Source: Candidatus Iainarchaeum sp.
Lineage (GTDB): Archaea > Iainarchaeota > Iainarchaeia > Iainarchaeales > JAAZKV01
Assembly: GCA_026397015.1 (NCBI GenBank)
Contig: JAPLVR010000004.1
Location: 1-64,000 of the forward strand
DNA: 64,000 nucleotides
Direction: 5' to 3'
Position numbers and translations under genes: made by a program. This document shows positions 9,190 through 18,691 of the stretch, in pieces. Under the pieces are notes generated by a model. The model made no database searches. It was not told the DNA's origin and saw nothing but the letters and a program-made list of their open reading frames with translations. Position 1 is the first letter of the stretch; each line of letters opens with the position of its first letter.

Positions 9190-12100
9190 TTAGTCCTCAT
9201 CCCAGCTTTTGATTATTATTTTTTTGCTTTCATCCAGTCGTTTTTCCCTTTTTCCAAGTTTTTGCTTCAAAATGGCGGCAACGATGATCACCGCAATTAT
9301 CGGGATAAATCCGGCAAAAGGGATGTTTTCGAATGCGCCGAGCCCCATAAGCCCCGTTCCGCCAGAAAGCGCGATTATTGCGCCGGTATATTGATTCGAA
9401 TCAATCAGTTCCCTGCCCCTTAGGAGTATTTCTTTTTCATATCCGGAATCAATTCCGGTGTTGTACGCCTTCACCGCCTGCCTTTTTAACGAATCAATAG
9501 CGTCGTTCAATTCCACAGATATTTCCTGTAAAGTTCTTTCTTTTTCTTCAGTTGTTTCGCCTGAAGAATTCAAGTCAATAAGAGTTAATTCGATTTTTTT
9601 CAGCCTGCTGATTGTTATCGGCTGGATGAATTTTGCCCTGATTAGGCTTTTCTCGTCGGCTGAAAGTTCGCCGGTAAGAAAATCGATTTTCTTTTTGCAT
9701 TCTTTTATCAGTGCGACCATTTCTTTCGTAATTGTGCCAGAGTTTTTTTTGCTTTCAAGCGACGCTTTTTCAAGCATTATTTCATCATATGTTTTTTTCA
9801 TTTCAATAAACTGTTTTTTTCCTTCAGAAGGGTTGATTGAAATCTTTTCGTCAAATATTTCTTTCTCCGCAAAAAACTCTTCCTTTAGAGAGTCAATTTT
9901 TGATGAAGCAACATTAATGTCTTGGATTTCCTTCCAATATTTTTCGGCTTCAGTGGAAAGCTCTTTGTCGATTGAAAAACTTTTTTCGTTAATTATTGCC
10001 TGTGCCTTCGAAAGTTCCGCCAAGGAGTTCGAGTCCATCTTCTCTTTTGCGCTTTTAATTATGGCATTCATTTCTTCCGCCTGCTTTTTCAGCCCGAGCT
10101 GCGCCATTTCGGCGGCGGTTTCTTTCATTTCCTTCAACTGCGAATTTATCTTTTCCTTTGAAAAATAAATCAGATTGAGCTCTTCTTTTTGCTTGTTGAG
10201 TTCCGCCAACCTGGCGGTCGCCCTTTTTATCAATTCTTCGGCCTTCGGAGCAATTTCTTCGCCAAAATCAAGTTCTAAAAATTTATTGATTTCATTTGCA
10301 ATTTCCTGTTCGCCGAAAAAATAAAGCTCTTCTCTGAGTTTTGCCAGCGCTTCGGAATAATAATTAAAAATATTGTTTACAATTAGGAAAACGCCGTACT
10401 CGCGCGACTCCCGCGATAAAAATTTCTGTTCCTTCAGCACAATCTTTTCGTTTATCACCTCATGATTTTTTCTTACCTTTTCTTCATCATACACTCTTGC
10501 TTCTTCAATGAAATTGTTCAGCGGAAAGGACAAAATAATCGTTCCGTTTAACTCGCCATCGAAATTGTTCGATGCCTTCACGGCATAAACAAGCTCTTCC
10601 TTTTCGTAATCTACTTTTCTTTTTTCCAGGAAAACAGTCTCAATGGAAATTATGTTGTCTGCATAAAAAAAGGCGCTTATTTTTGATTCTTTTGAAACGG
10701 TTTCAGCCGCAAAGGAAATGCTCCCCCCCGAATCCGAAAATGGAACTTCATTTTCATTTACGAGAACAATCGTTTTCGATGTGTTGACCGGCTTTTTGGT
10801 TTGTATTATTATTTTTGGAAATGTTTTTTCCGTTCGAAGTGAAATCTTTTTCTGAAAAAGGCTTTTTTCGTTTGATGCAAAAACCACTTTTATTTCTTCA
10901 TCAATTTCGGTGGTTTCGGTGGAATAAAAATCGATTTTCACGCCCCCGTTCGGAAGCAAACTGAAAAAAGCTGTGCATTCGTCATTTTCACAGGAAACGC
11001 TTTCGACACATCCGTCTTTTGAAACAAGAGAAAAATTTTTCGCCTTGAACTTTACCTGAAATTTTTTGTTTACTGCAGAGAACGGATTTGAGATTATGAG
11101 CCTGCTGAGCGAATTGAAATCGCTGTTTGTTCTGGGCAGTTCTCCGCTGAGCACAACCAATTTCGTACTTTTTTGGGCATATTGGATAATTGAGTCTTCC
11201 AGGCGTTCGCTTTCTTCCGCAAGCGTTCTCTTGATTGACTCATTTAGCGTGTCTTTCACTGGCAGTACCTCCGTCATTTTCAATTCTCCGGCAGAAAAAT
11301 ATTTTTCGAGCCCCAGAACTTTTCCCTTGAGAGATTCTATGCTCTTTTCAAGTTCTTTTTCGCCTAGCAATCCCTGAACATCTTGAAGCCCTGAAAGGGT
11401 TTCCTTTAATTTGGAATAATTTTGGCCCAGTTCGCGGAGCACATAATCCCCTTTCAGGTCGTTTTCAACTTGTCTTTTTATGTTTTGGCACGCTTCATCA
11501 AAGTAAAGGATATTTTCTTTCGTGACCTCTTCGGATTTCAGCTCGTCAAAAAGATTTTCAAGTTCCCTAAGTTCGGTTTGCTTGAATATTGCTTCGAGGT
11601 ATGAGAAGCATTCGCCGGTTGAGTCAATTTTTTTTGCTTCGAGTTTTTTGTAATCGCGAAGCCCCTCATGCAGAAGTTCATAATTTTCAACCGCTTTCTT
11701 GCAGTAACCGAGTTTTTCAATTCCTTCTGTGCCGATTGTTTTTGAACAGAAGAACAAAACGTCCTTATGAAGATTTAGAAGCGAAGTGTTATTTGTTTCT
11801 ACTTTTTCCTCTTTTATTTGTTTCATCTTTTTATCGCAGGCGACGGAAAGATTTTCGGCAAATTCGGATTTTTGGAATTCCAGTTCCTGTTTTATGCCGA
11901 TGAAGTTGTTTAATATTTTTTTCATTGAGGAGGCTTCTTCTCCGAGCCGTAACGAACCAGCCGCCTTTTTTTCCCTAAGCTTAAAAAAATTCTGGTCATT
12001 TTTTTCAAAATTTTCCCTGATGCTCGCCTTGGTGCTTACCGTTCCGGAAAGAAGCTTTGAATAAAGCTCGGAATATTTTGTGATTTCTTCCAATTCCTCT

Positions 12101-13086
12101 AAAAGTTTTTTGCAATTTGTGCGTTCATTTTCCGTTTCCTTCCAAAGGTTTGCGGAAACTTTTTCAGAGTTTTCTAAATTTTTGCTAATCCTGTTCATCA
12201 GGTCGGCGAATCTTTTAAATGCCGAATTTTCGGTTCCGCCTAAATCGGAATAAAGTTTCATGAATTCATACGCGGGGAATTGTTGGAGCGCCGAAATACT
12301 TTGTGTTGCATAAAGCCTGCTTTCGATATAGCCAATGCCTGTTTTGTAGGTTTCGTAAATGAACGGGAACCAGGCGGTATTGCCGAGCCCCAAGTTTTTC
12401 AACAGCGTGCCCTCGGCATAATCGTATGCGCTCAAAAAGAAGGGCTTTTTTTCCGCCAAGTTCTGGAGCCCGTTTCTTGCTCCGGAATCGTTGAAATTTT
12501 TTGCCCGTGCGAGATAATATGAAACATACGTGTCGCTGTTTGTTGTGCCGCCCTCTCCGTTTGCAAGTTCTGAAATTATTTGCCGCAATTCTACGAGCGA
12601 CCCGAATAAGGCCTCCTCTTTTATCAATTCGATTTTTTCCTCTGAAAGAATTTTTTCTTCCTGTGCAACTATTTCAAAGCTTTTCTTCATTCCCTGGTCG
12701 AGTTCAAAGAAGGCGTTATCGAAATAGAAGCGGAGCTGGTTTATTGAACCCGGCAAAGCGCCTGCATCACCCACGGAGCACAGGCCCGAAATATTGCTTA
12801 ATTCCTCATTCGCTTTGTTGAAGTAAAACCAGCTGCGCGCAACACTGTTTTTCGTTTCATAGAGGGTTGCCTCCTGAGCGTAACCAAGGTCCGTGCTGAA
12901 AAGCGCATTCACTTTTCCATAGCATTCCTGTTCGGTTTTGCACTTTGGCACATAAGAGTAGCTTTTGCTCGCCATCGAATAGCAAAGATTTTTTTCATTT
13001 CTTGACATTTCGTCGCAGCCGCTTATCAGAAGGAGGGAAAAAAGCATGGCTGCGACGATTGCGAAGGTTGGTCGCGTTATTCGCAT
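9190..13086 (-). CDS. Large coiled-coil surface lipoprotein with C-terminal TM helix
   Basis: Lipobox LISGC, long E/K heptad regions flanking a beta-rich middle, C-terminal hydrophobic helix plus basic tail. Confidence 0.75.
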   Translation of the reverse strand: MRITRPTFAIVAAMLFSLLLISGCDEMSRNEKNLCYSMASKSYSYVPKCKTEQECYGKVNALFSTDLGYAQEATLYETKNSVARSWFYFNKANEELSNISGLCSVGDAGALPGSINQLRFYFDNAFFELDQGMKKSFEIVAQEEKILSEEKIELIKEEALFGSLVELRQIISELANGEGGTTNSDTYVSYYLARAKNFNDSGARNGLQNLAEKKPFFLSAYDYAEGTLLKNLGLGNTAWFPFIYETYKTGIGYIESRLYATQSISALQQFPAYEFMKLYSDLGGTENSAFKRFADLMNRISKNLENSEKVSANLWKETENERTNCKKLLEELEEITKYSELYSKLLSGTVSTKASIRENFEKNDQNFFKLREKKAAGSLRLGEEASSMKKILNNFIGIKQELEFQKSEFAENLSVACDKKMKQIKEEKVETNNTSLLNLHKDVLFFCSKTIGTEGIEKLGYCKKAVENYELLHEGLRDYKKLEAKKIDSTGECFSYLEAIFKQTELRELENLFDELKSEEVTKENILYFDEACQNIKRQVENDLKGDYVLRELGQNYSKLKETLSGLQDVQGLLGEKELEKSIESLKGKVLGLEKYFSAGELKMTEVLPVKDTLNESIKRTLAEESERLEDSIIQYAQKSTKLVVLSGELPRTNSDFNSLSRLIISNPFSAVNKKFQVKFKAKNFSLVSKDGCVESVSCENDECTAFFSLLPNGGVKIDFYSTETTEIDEEIKVVFASNEKSLFQKKISLRTEKTFPKIIIQTKKPVNTSKTIVLVNENEVPFSDSGGSISFAAETVSKESKISAFFYADNIISIETVFLEKRKVDYEKEELVYAVKASNNFDGELNGTIILSFPLNNFIEEARVYDEEKVRKNHEVINEKIVLKEQKFLSRESREYGVFLIVNNIFNYYSEALAKLREELYFFGEQEIANEINKFLELDFGEEIAPKAEELIKRATARLAELNKQKEELNLIYFSKEKINSQLKEMKETAAEMAQLGLKKQAEEMNAIIKSAKEKMDSNSLAELSKAQAIINEKSFSIDKELSTEAEKYWKEIQDINVASSKIDSLKEEFFAEKEIFDEKISINPSEGKKQFIEMKKTYDEIMLEKASLESKKNSGTITKEMVALIKECKKKIDFLTGELSADEKSLIRAKFIQPITISRLKKIELTLIDLNSSGETTEEKERTLQEISVELNDAIDSLKRQAVKAYNTGIDSGYEKEILLRGRELIDSNQYTGAIIALSGGTGLMGLGAFENIPFAGFIPIIAVIIVAAILKQKLGKREKRLDESKKIIIKSWDED

Positions 13087-13152
13087 AACGAAGCCTCTGC
13101 TTCCGCGGTTTAAAAAGATTTACAAAAATTCGGCGATTGACAATAAAATTAT

Positions 13153-13485
13153 TTAGCTTTTCGAGCAAATGTCAAGGAGTTCCTGTGAAGAAACATATTT
13201 ATGTAAGCACTGGTTTTCGCTGCCCAGAATTTTTTTCGCGGAGAGGCAGTCTATACATATCTTCGGCTGGACTGTGCAATAATTTTCATCTAATCCACAC
13301 ATGAATGGAGTGACAAAATAATGCCCGATTAAAATCCCTCCTGCAAGAACTATTATTAGGAGGATAATCTTGAATGGGTTTCCAACCGCCCCTTTTGAAA
13401 GCCCCTTTGAAATTCCGCCGCCCCGCTTTCTCGAAACAGCGACGTAATCATCGTCTTCCATATCTGCCAATGACATGAGCAACAT
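13153..13485 (-). CDS. Small single-TM protein with Cys-containing extracellular part
   Basis: Hydrophobic helix IILLIIVLAGGILIG followed by several Cys. Confidence 0.6.
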   Translation of the reverse strand: MLLMSLADMEDDDYVAVSRKRGGGISKGLSKGAVGNPFKIILLIIVLAGGILIGHYFVTPFMCGLDENYCTVQPKICIDCLSAKKILGSENQCLHKYVSSQELLDICSKS

Positions 13486-13696
13486 AAGGGTTTTTGTTCC
13501 TTAAAAACATTTGCGAGCAGAAATTTTTTTTAAAATTCAAATTTTTTTAAACTTTATTTTCGAATTTAAAAATTTTTTTTTAGCGGAGCAAAAGATTTCG
13601 GAAAAAAACAACAGTTATACATAACTAATTTTTTTGGGTTTTTTTTGTTTTTTTGAACGATTGGGATAAACCGGAGGTCTACATAAGGGTTTTTGT
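13482..13696. repeat. 16-bp exact direct repeat
   Basis: acataagggtttttgt at 13482-13497 and 13681-13696. Confidence 0.8.
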
Positions 13697-13784
13697 CCGA
13701 AAGGGGGTTAGAAAAGCGCTGGGGAAATATTTATAAGCAAGTTAGACATTTTTATTATTGTTAGATTTTTAACGAGGGGTGCAA

Positions 13785-14063
13785 ATGTACAAATACACAA
13801 TCGCGAGGCAGCTTGCGACTAAGCGAGTAATAACCAACAGAGGGGATGAAGTTGGAAAACTTTCCGATTTCATAGTTAACGAGACCACTGGGGACATAGA
13901 GTCTTTGGTTGTCGAAGTTGACAGGAACTCCAAGGTTATAGCGAGGCTTGGAACAAAGGACAAGGTAATGGAAATCCCATACTCTGCAGTCACAGCAGTA
14001 AGCGATGTTTTTATTGTTGACGAGAGAGAAATCATAGATTCGGGAAGCGGCCCAGCTGAATAA
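13785..14063 (+). CDS. PRC-barrel domain protein (CdpB-like)
   Basis: KRVITNRGDEVGKLSDFIVNETTGDIESLVV and IPYSAVTAVSDVFIV are typical PRC-barrel motifs. Confidence 0.85.
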   Translation: MYKYTIARQLATKRVITNRGDEVGKLSDFIVNETTGDIESLVVEVDRNSKVIARLGTKDKVMEIPYSAVTAVSDVFIVDEREIIDSGSGPAE

Positions 14064-15176
14064 TTATTTTAGTTTCAGCAGCAGTTTTCCGTTCTTGAGG
14101 TCGATTTCCTCAAGAACGTCGTCTATGGCGTTGATTTTTTCCTTTATCTCCTTTGCCACCAAGTTCTTTGCCTTAGCCTTTTGAACCGCAGAAATTATTT
14201 CGCTTATTTTTTTGTAGTTCAAGTAAATTTTTTCTCCCTTCTTCTGGAGTTCTTTTTCTTCTTCGATTAACCTTTCAATCTCATTTTTTTTCGCTTCAAT
14301 CGCCTTCTCCGCAGGCATCGGGTTGAATTCCTTTTCCTTCTGTTCACCCTTCTTTTGTGCTTCCCCAAAAAGACTTTTCACCAGCAGGCTATTGAGCGCG
14401 GAATTAATGCTTTCAAAGACTATTTCCTTTTCCAGCCCGATTTCAGCCGAATAAATCACTTTTTTGTTCAGGAACGCCCCGCATTCTTTTTCCGAATAAA
14501 TTTTTTTCACCTCTTCAAGCACTTTTTTTGTTTCCTTTTCTTCCGCTTCGGCCGCATTTTTCTTTTTATCAAACCCGTTTTTTTCGAAAACGAATTCGAT
14601 TATTGCCGGCGCGGCATTTAGCAAATCGACTGTTGCCCCGAAAAAAGTTTTCCTGTTTGACTTTAATTTTTCGAAGAAATCCTTTTCATTTTCCTCCAAA
14701 GGGTTTGCTCCGCGCGAGCTTGGCGGCCTGTAAATCTCGTCCTTCTCAAGCTTCCTGTCCTTCCACTCTTCCTTCCACCTCGCCTTTATTATTTTCATTT
14801 CCCTGTCGCACAAAATAATATTCCCCTTTGCAAACAGTTCTAGGACAAGAAAATGTTCCGGAAACTCGAGCACGACAATCCTGTCAACCCCTTTCTGCGT
14901 TATTGAAACAACTCTTTGGTTGAAGAGATATTTTTTCAAAAGAGAAGGGTAGCCGGAAGGTTGCATCCTTGCTGGAATCGAATACTCTGAAATGAAAAAC
15001 GAATTCGGGGAAATGACCAGGTCTTTGCCCCCGTTTTTCGTGTGAACCTTCATTTTTATCCAGTGGTTTTCCAGCACCTGAACCTTGTTCACAAAACCAT
15101 TGACCAGAACCTGAAGCTCTTCAACAAGATGCTTCAGAGCAAGGTTGCTCAGCGAAATTTCTTCCATAACATTCAA
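14064..15176 (-). CDS. NFACT/Rqc2-like protein, N-terminal part only
   Basis: GVDRIVVLEF, LVLELFAKGNIILCD, YRPP. Ends at 370 aa with no NFACT-R domain. Confidence 0.8.
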   Translation of the reverse strand: MNVMEEISLSNLALKHLVEELQVLVNGFVNKVQVLENHWIKMKVHTKNGGKDLVISPNSFFISEYSIPARMQPSGYPSLLKKYLFNQRVVSITQKGVDRIVVLEFPEHFLVLELFAKGNIILCDREMKIIKARWKEEWKDRKLEKDEIYRPPSSRGANPLEENEKDFFEKLKSNRKTFFGATVDLLNAAPAIIEFVFEKNGFDKKKNAAEAEEKETKKVLEEVKKIYSEKECGAFLNKKVIYSAEIGLEKEIVFESINSALNSLLVKSLFGEAQKKGEQKEKEFNPMPAEKAIEAKKNEIERLIEEEKELQKKGEKIYLNYKKISEIISAVQKAKAKNLVAKEIKEKINAIDDVLEEIDLKNGKLLLKLK

Positions 15177-15265
15177 CTTTAAAAAAGAATTAGGTTAAGC
15201 GGGAATAAAAGAGTATTGATTTTTCGGAAGAAACATTTATTAACCTAAGAAAAGAAGAATTTGTA

Positions 15266-16075
15266 ATGGCGGAAAAGATGGGTGCGCGCAAAGAAATCAA
15301 AAAAAAGTCGAAAGAAATTTTTTCGAGCAGGTGGTATCCTGAGGGATTCAAGTCGCTTGCAAAAGAGGCAGGCGTTGTCGAAAGTTATTCGAAAAAAATT
15401 TCAAAATATCAGGGGGTGCCGGTCGTGGTTGTCGGCAATGAAAGAACGGGCGTCCCTTACACTTGGACTATTGACGACTGGCAGGAGCAGGCGAAAAAGC
15501 AGCTTTCGAACGAGCAATTTCAAAAGTTTATGGTTGATTTCAGGAAAGAAAGAATGCGGTTGAAGGAAGATTTGGCGGCGGCTCACAGCGCATCCCAAAA
15601 ATGGATGGATGCCGGATTATTGAAGAGCATGGTTCTTGTCGTATCGCGCCGCTTTCCATCATCGGGCGACAGCGAAATAACAGGTTTGGAGTGGCGCAAT
15701 TTTGAGCGCGAAAGAAAAGCTTTGTTTAAGCGGAACCCTACTTTCATAATCGTTGACGCATCGCACATGAAAAGTAAATCTGACCCCAGGGCATTTAGAT
15801 ATCTTTCCCGGAACTTTGAGGCATTGAAAAAAGAATTTCACTATCTGTATCCCAGGCGTTTTATCAGGACTAGGACAAAAAAAAGGATGATACTTCTTAA
15901 TCCGACTTCAAGGCGGAACAAGTTGCCGGCGTGGCATGACGATGATGAGTTAATTGTCGGCATCAGTCCGTGGATTAAAAAAAGCAGAAACAAATTGGAT
16001 GGGTCAATTGAGTTGCACAATCAGCGCGCCAGAAGGATTGTAAGGAGAGAGGCGCGCAGAATGAGGGGCGCATGA
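15266..16075 (+). CDS. Basic hypothetical protein
   Basis: Own tttattaa box ~25 nt upstream. Basic N-terminus and Arg-rich C-terminus RARRIVRREARRMRGA. Confidence 0.7.
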   Translation: MAEKMGARKEIKKKSKEIFSSRWYPEGFKSLAKEAGVVESYSKKISKYQGVPVVVVGNERTGVPYTWTIDDWQEQAKKQLSNEQFQKFMVDFRKERMRLKEDLAAAHSASQKWMDAGLLKSMVLVVSRRFPSSGDSEITGLEWRNFERERKALFKRNPTFIIVDASHMKSKSDPRAFRYLSRNFEALKKEFHYLYPRRFIRTRTKKRMILLNPTSRRNKLPAWHDDDELIVGISPWIKKSRNKLDGSIELHNQRARRIVRREARRMRGA

Positions 16076-16119
16076 AACGGTGCGGCGCAACTGCACACCA
16101 CTTTTTTTTGTCCAAATAA

Positions 16120-17385
16120 TTAGTCCTTCAAATATTTTTTCATTATTTCAATGAGTTTCGGCCGTGTAAAAAGCTTTTTGGCAAAAAGTTTCCCCTGCTC
16201 AACTTTTGTCATGTTCCCCTCGCCGATCATTATCGCTTCCTCAACAGTAATGCTTTCAGCCAAATAGTTGAAATCATCGTCTGTAAGTTTTTCGAGCAGG
16301 TGCCTTCCCTTCAACCGCCTTTTCAGATGGTTTCCCCTTAACTCAAACCATTCCTTCGTGTATTGTTTCAAAAACTTTTTGGAAAAATTATTTGCTTTCA
16401 GCGCTTTCAGGGCAATTTTTCCCGCAAGGATTCCGCCTTCCATCGCTATTCCTATGCCGCCGCCATGAACGGGGTCAACCATATGCCCCGCGTCTCCCGC
16501 AACCAGTAAATTGTCTGCCTGCATTTCTTCCAGGAAACCGCCGACTGGAATTACGCCTGCATTAACTTCAATTATTGAGCCGTCTTTGAGCCCCGACTGG
16601 GTTTTGATCCACTTATCCAAATAATACTTAGCAGTTTTTTCCTCGAATGCGCCGATTCCTATTCCGACATTTGCTGTTCCTTTTCGCTTGGGAAAAATCC
16701 AACAATAACCACGCGGGGCCACACCTGTTCCGAAGTAAAGGTGCAGTAAATTCTCATCGTAGCCGCTTATGCCAGTCATTTCATACTGATAACCGGAATC
16801 GGTTTCGCGCAGATCAAGTTTTGTGTTCAAGTCAAGCATTTTTGCAGTCAATGAATCAACGCCGTCGCATGCGATAACTAATTTTGTCCTGAACTTTTTT
16901 ATTTCATCGTTAGCTTCAACCAAAAGTTCGACTTCACCCGTTCCTTTTTCATCCCCTTCGCTTTCCCTTTTCAAATCTTCCTTTCTTTTTGCGCCGACCA
17001 CTTGATGTTTCATCAAAATTTTTGCGCCCATCCTCACCGCTTCGATTGCCAACTCTTTTTCAAAAATTTTTCTTTCTAAAACATATCCTAAAACTTTTTT
17101 GTTTTTCATTTTTATGCTTTTTCCGTTCGGAGAGTAAAGCTGCGCCCCCTTGATTTCCTGAACAGCCCATTCTTTGTTCGGTTTCAAATTCGAGCGCTTA
17201 AATTCTTTCAAACCCAGCCCTTCGGCGCATCTCTTCGGGCACCCGATTTCCTGTTTCCTGTCTAAAACCAAAACTTTTGCTTTCCCATTTGCAAGTTCGG
17301 TTGCGGCTTTCAGGCCCGCAGGGCCAGCGCCGACAACAATAACGTCCCAAACTTCTGGATTCGCTTCCTCGTTCATAGTTTCCAC
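16120..17385 (-). CDS. Geranylgeranyl reductase (digeranylgeranylglycerophospholipid reductase)
   Basis: DVIVVGAGPAG, CAEG, APRGYCWIFPK (YxWxFP), AGDAGHMVDPVHGGGI. Confidence 0.9.
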   Translation of the reverse strand: METMNEEANPEVWDVIVVGAGPAGLKAATELANGKAKVLVLDRKQEIGCPKRCAEGLGLKEFKRSNLKPNKEWAVQEIKGAQLYSPNGKSIKMKNKKVLGYVLERKIFEKELAIEAVRMGAKILMKHQVVGAKRKEDLKRESEGDEKGTGEVELLVEANDEIKKFRTKLVIACDGVDSLTAKMLDLNTKLDLRETDSGYQYEMTGISGYDENLLHLYFGTGVAPRGYCWIFPKRKGTANVGIGIGAFEEKTAKYYLDKWIKTQSGLKDGSIIEVNAGVIPVGGFLEEMQADNLLVAGDAGHMVDPVHGGGIGIAMEGGILAGKIALKALKANNFSKKFLKQYTKEWFELRGNHLKRRLKGRHLLEKLTDDDFNYLAESITVEEAIMIGEGNMTKVEQGKLFAKKLFTRPKLIEIMKKYLKD

Positions 17386-17478
17386 AATTTTTATTTTTAG
17401 TTTTTTTTGTGTTTTTTGCCATTTGTTTTTTTTCCACGATTTTTATTTTTTGTGTTTTTGCTATTTGATTTTTTCTTT

Positions 17479-17658
17479 TCATTTCTTTTCCAGGCTCATT
17501 GCGCCCACGGGGCAGATTTTTACGCAGCTGCCGCACGAAGTGCACTTCTTTTCATCGATTACGATGCGCGTGTCCTTCAAAAGAATCGCCTGAACGGGGC
17601 AGACGCCGACACAGCCCCCGCAATACAGACACTTGTTCGAATTGTTTTTTGCAACCAA
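17479..17658 (-). CDS. 2[4Fe-4S] ferredoxin, 59 aa (missed by ORF track)
   Basis: TTG start after ggtgat RBS. MVAKNNSNKCLYCGGCVGVCP...CTSCGSCVKICPVGAM contains two CxxCxxCxxxCP motifs. Confidence 0.92.
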   Translation of the reverse strand: MVAKNNSNKCLYCGGCVGVCPVQAILLKDTRIVIDEKKCTSCGSCVKICPVGAMSLEKK

Positions 17659-17782
17659 TCAATCACCAGACTTCGCTCCAGTAATTGGCTAATGTAAGCT
17701 TTAAAATAATAATCGGGGCAAGGCTTTTTGGAGATTTGGGGTTTGAGTTTTCGTATGTTTTCTTGATACACTGAATTAATTT

Positions 17783-18022
17783 TTAACGGCGGGAAGCATT
17801 AGTTTTTTTCCGAAGCATGCGTTTGGCAAGAAGAAACTTCGCCCTGAGTGTTCTCGCAGCGATTCCAATGGCGCTAGCCTGTTCTTTCGTGTTTTCGAGG
17901 GTTTTGTATGAAACTTTTTCACGAAGATTCCTTGCAATGGCTTCTTCCGAGGCCTTTTTTTTCCAGTCGGGTTTTCCTTTCCCAGTCAGGAAATGCCTTT
18001 GCCCAATTGCCGCAATTTTCAT
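17783..18022 (-). CDS. Small basic hypothetical protein
   Basis: tttttatac box ~25 nt upstream. Ends RMLRKKTNASRR. Confidence 0.55.
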   Translation of the reverse strand: MKIAAIGQRHFLTGKGKPDWKKKASEEAIARNLREKVSYKTLENTKEQASAIGIAARTLRAKFLLAKRMLRKKTNASRR

Positions 18023-18065
18023 AAATACAATTTATTTTTTAAAGTATAAAAAGGTTTTGCGGATT

Positions 18066-18593
18066 TCATCTGCCCAATCTGCGGTTCTTTAGTGCGTCGG
18101 CAATTAACAATGCGGCTGCAACTGTCAACCCGGTGATAATCCCATCCTTAGTACTATCCTGGTTCCACGTTTTTTGCAACTTTTTATTTATCAAATTTCT
18201 TTCTTCAGGTTCCAATATTCTATTTGCGGTTACAACCGCCGTTTCCAATCCCCCATATTTATACGCCTGTATTATTTGTGCTTTTTTGTTCTGAGGTAGC
18301 AGATTTGCTATTTCATTTTTTGTTTTTTGAGGAATCTTTTCCATTATTCTTTTCATTCCCCGCGAACTTATTTTCTCTCCATTGCGTATTTCCTGTGCTT
18401 CCATTTGTGCCTTTCTCAGAATCGCCCCTGATTTCTTTTGTAAGCCCACACTTTCTGCAGCTAATTCATATTGTGCTTCAATTGTTTGTGCCGGCACTTT
18501 TACTATGCCCAAACCAAGCGTTGCCGCAGCAGTTCCGATCAAAATTTTTCTACCCGCCCTTTTTATGAATCCTGGTCTTTTTGTTGGTTTCAA
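18066..18593 (-). CDS. Basic hypothetical protein with N- and C-terminal hydrophobic helices
   Basis: MKPTKRPGFIKRAGRK plus a hydrophobic stretch. C-terminal TM followed by KNRRLGR. Confidence 0.65.
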   Translation of the reverse strand: MKPTKRPGFIKRAGRKILIGTAAATLGLGIVKVPAQTIEAQYELAAESVGLQKKSGAILRKAQMEAQEIRNGEKISSRGMKRIMEKIPQKTKNEIANLLPQNKKAQIIQAYKYGGLETAVVTANRILEPEERNLINKKLQKTWNQDSTKDGIITGLTVAAALLIADALKNRRLGR

Positions 18594-18691
18594 TCAAACA
18601 CCTTATTTATTTTTCATCCTTTGAACTTAATAAATATACCTTTTTGAATTAATAAACTTTTTTTTCAAAGCGAGCTTTTTTGCTGGGCGCC

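Noticed and set aside
9209-12821. Numerous Ser/Phe-rich plus-strand ORFs (for example 9458..10168)
   Set aside because: These are antisense shadows of the E/K-rich 1298-aa gene. The same applies to shadow ORFs opposite other long genes.
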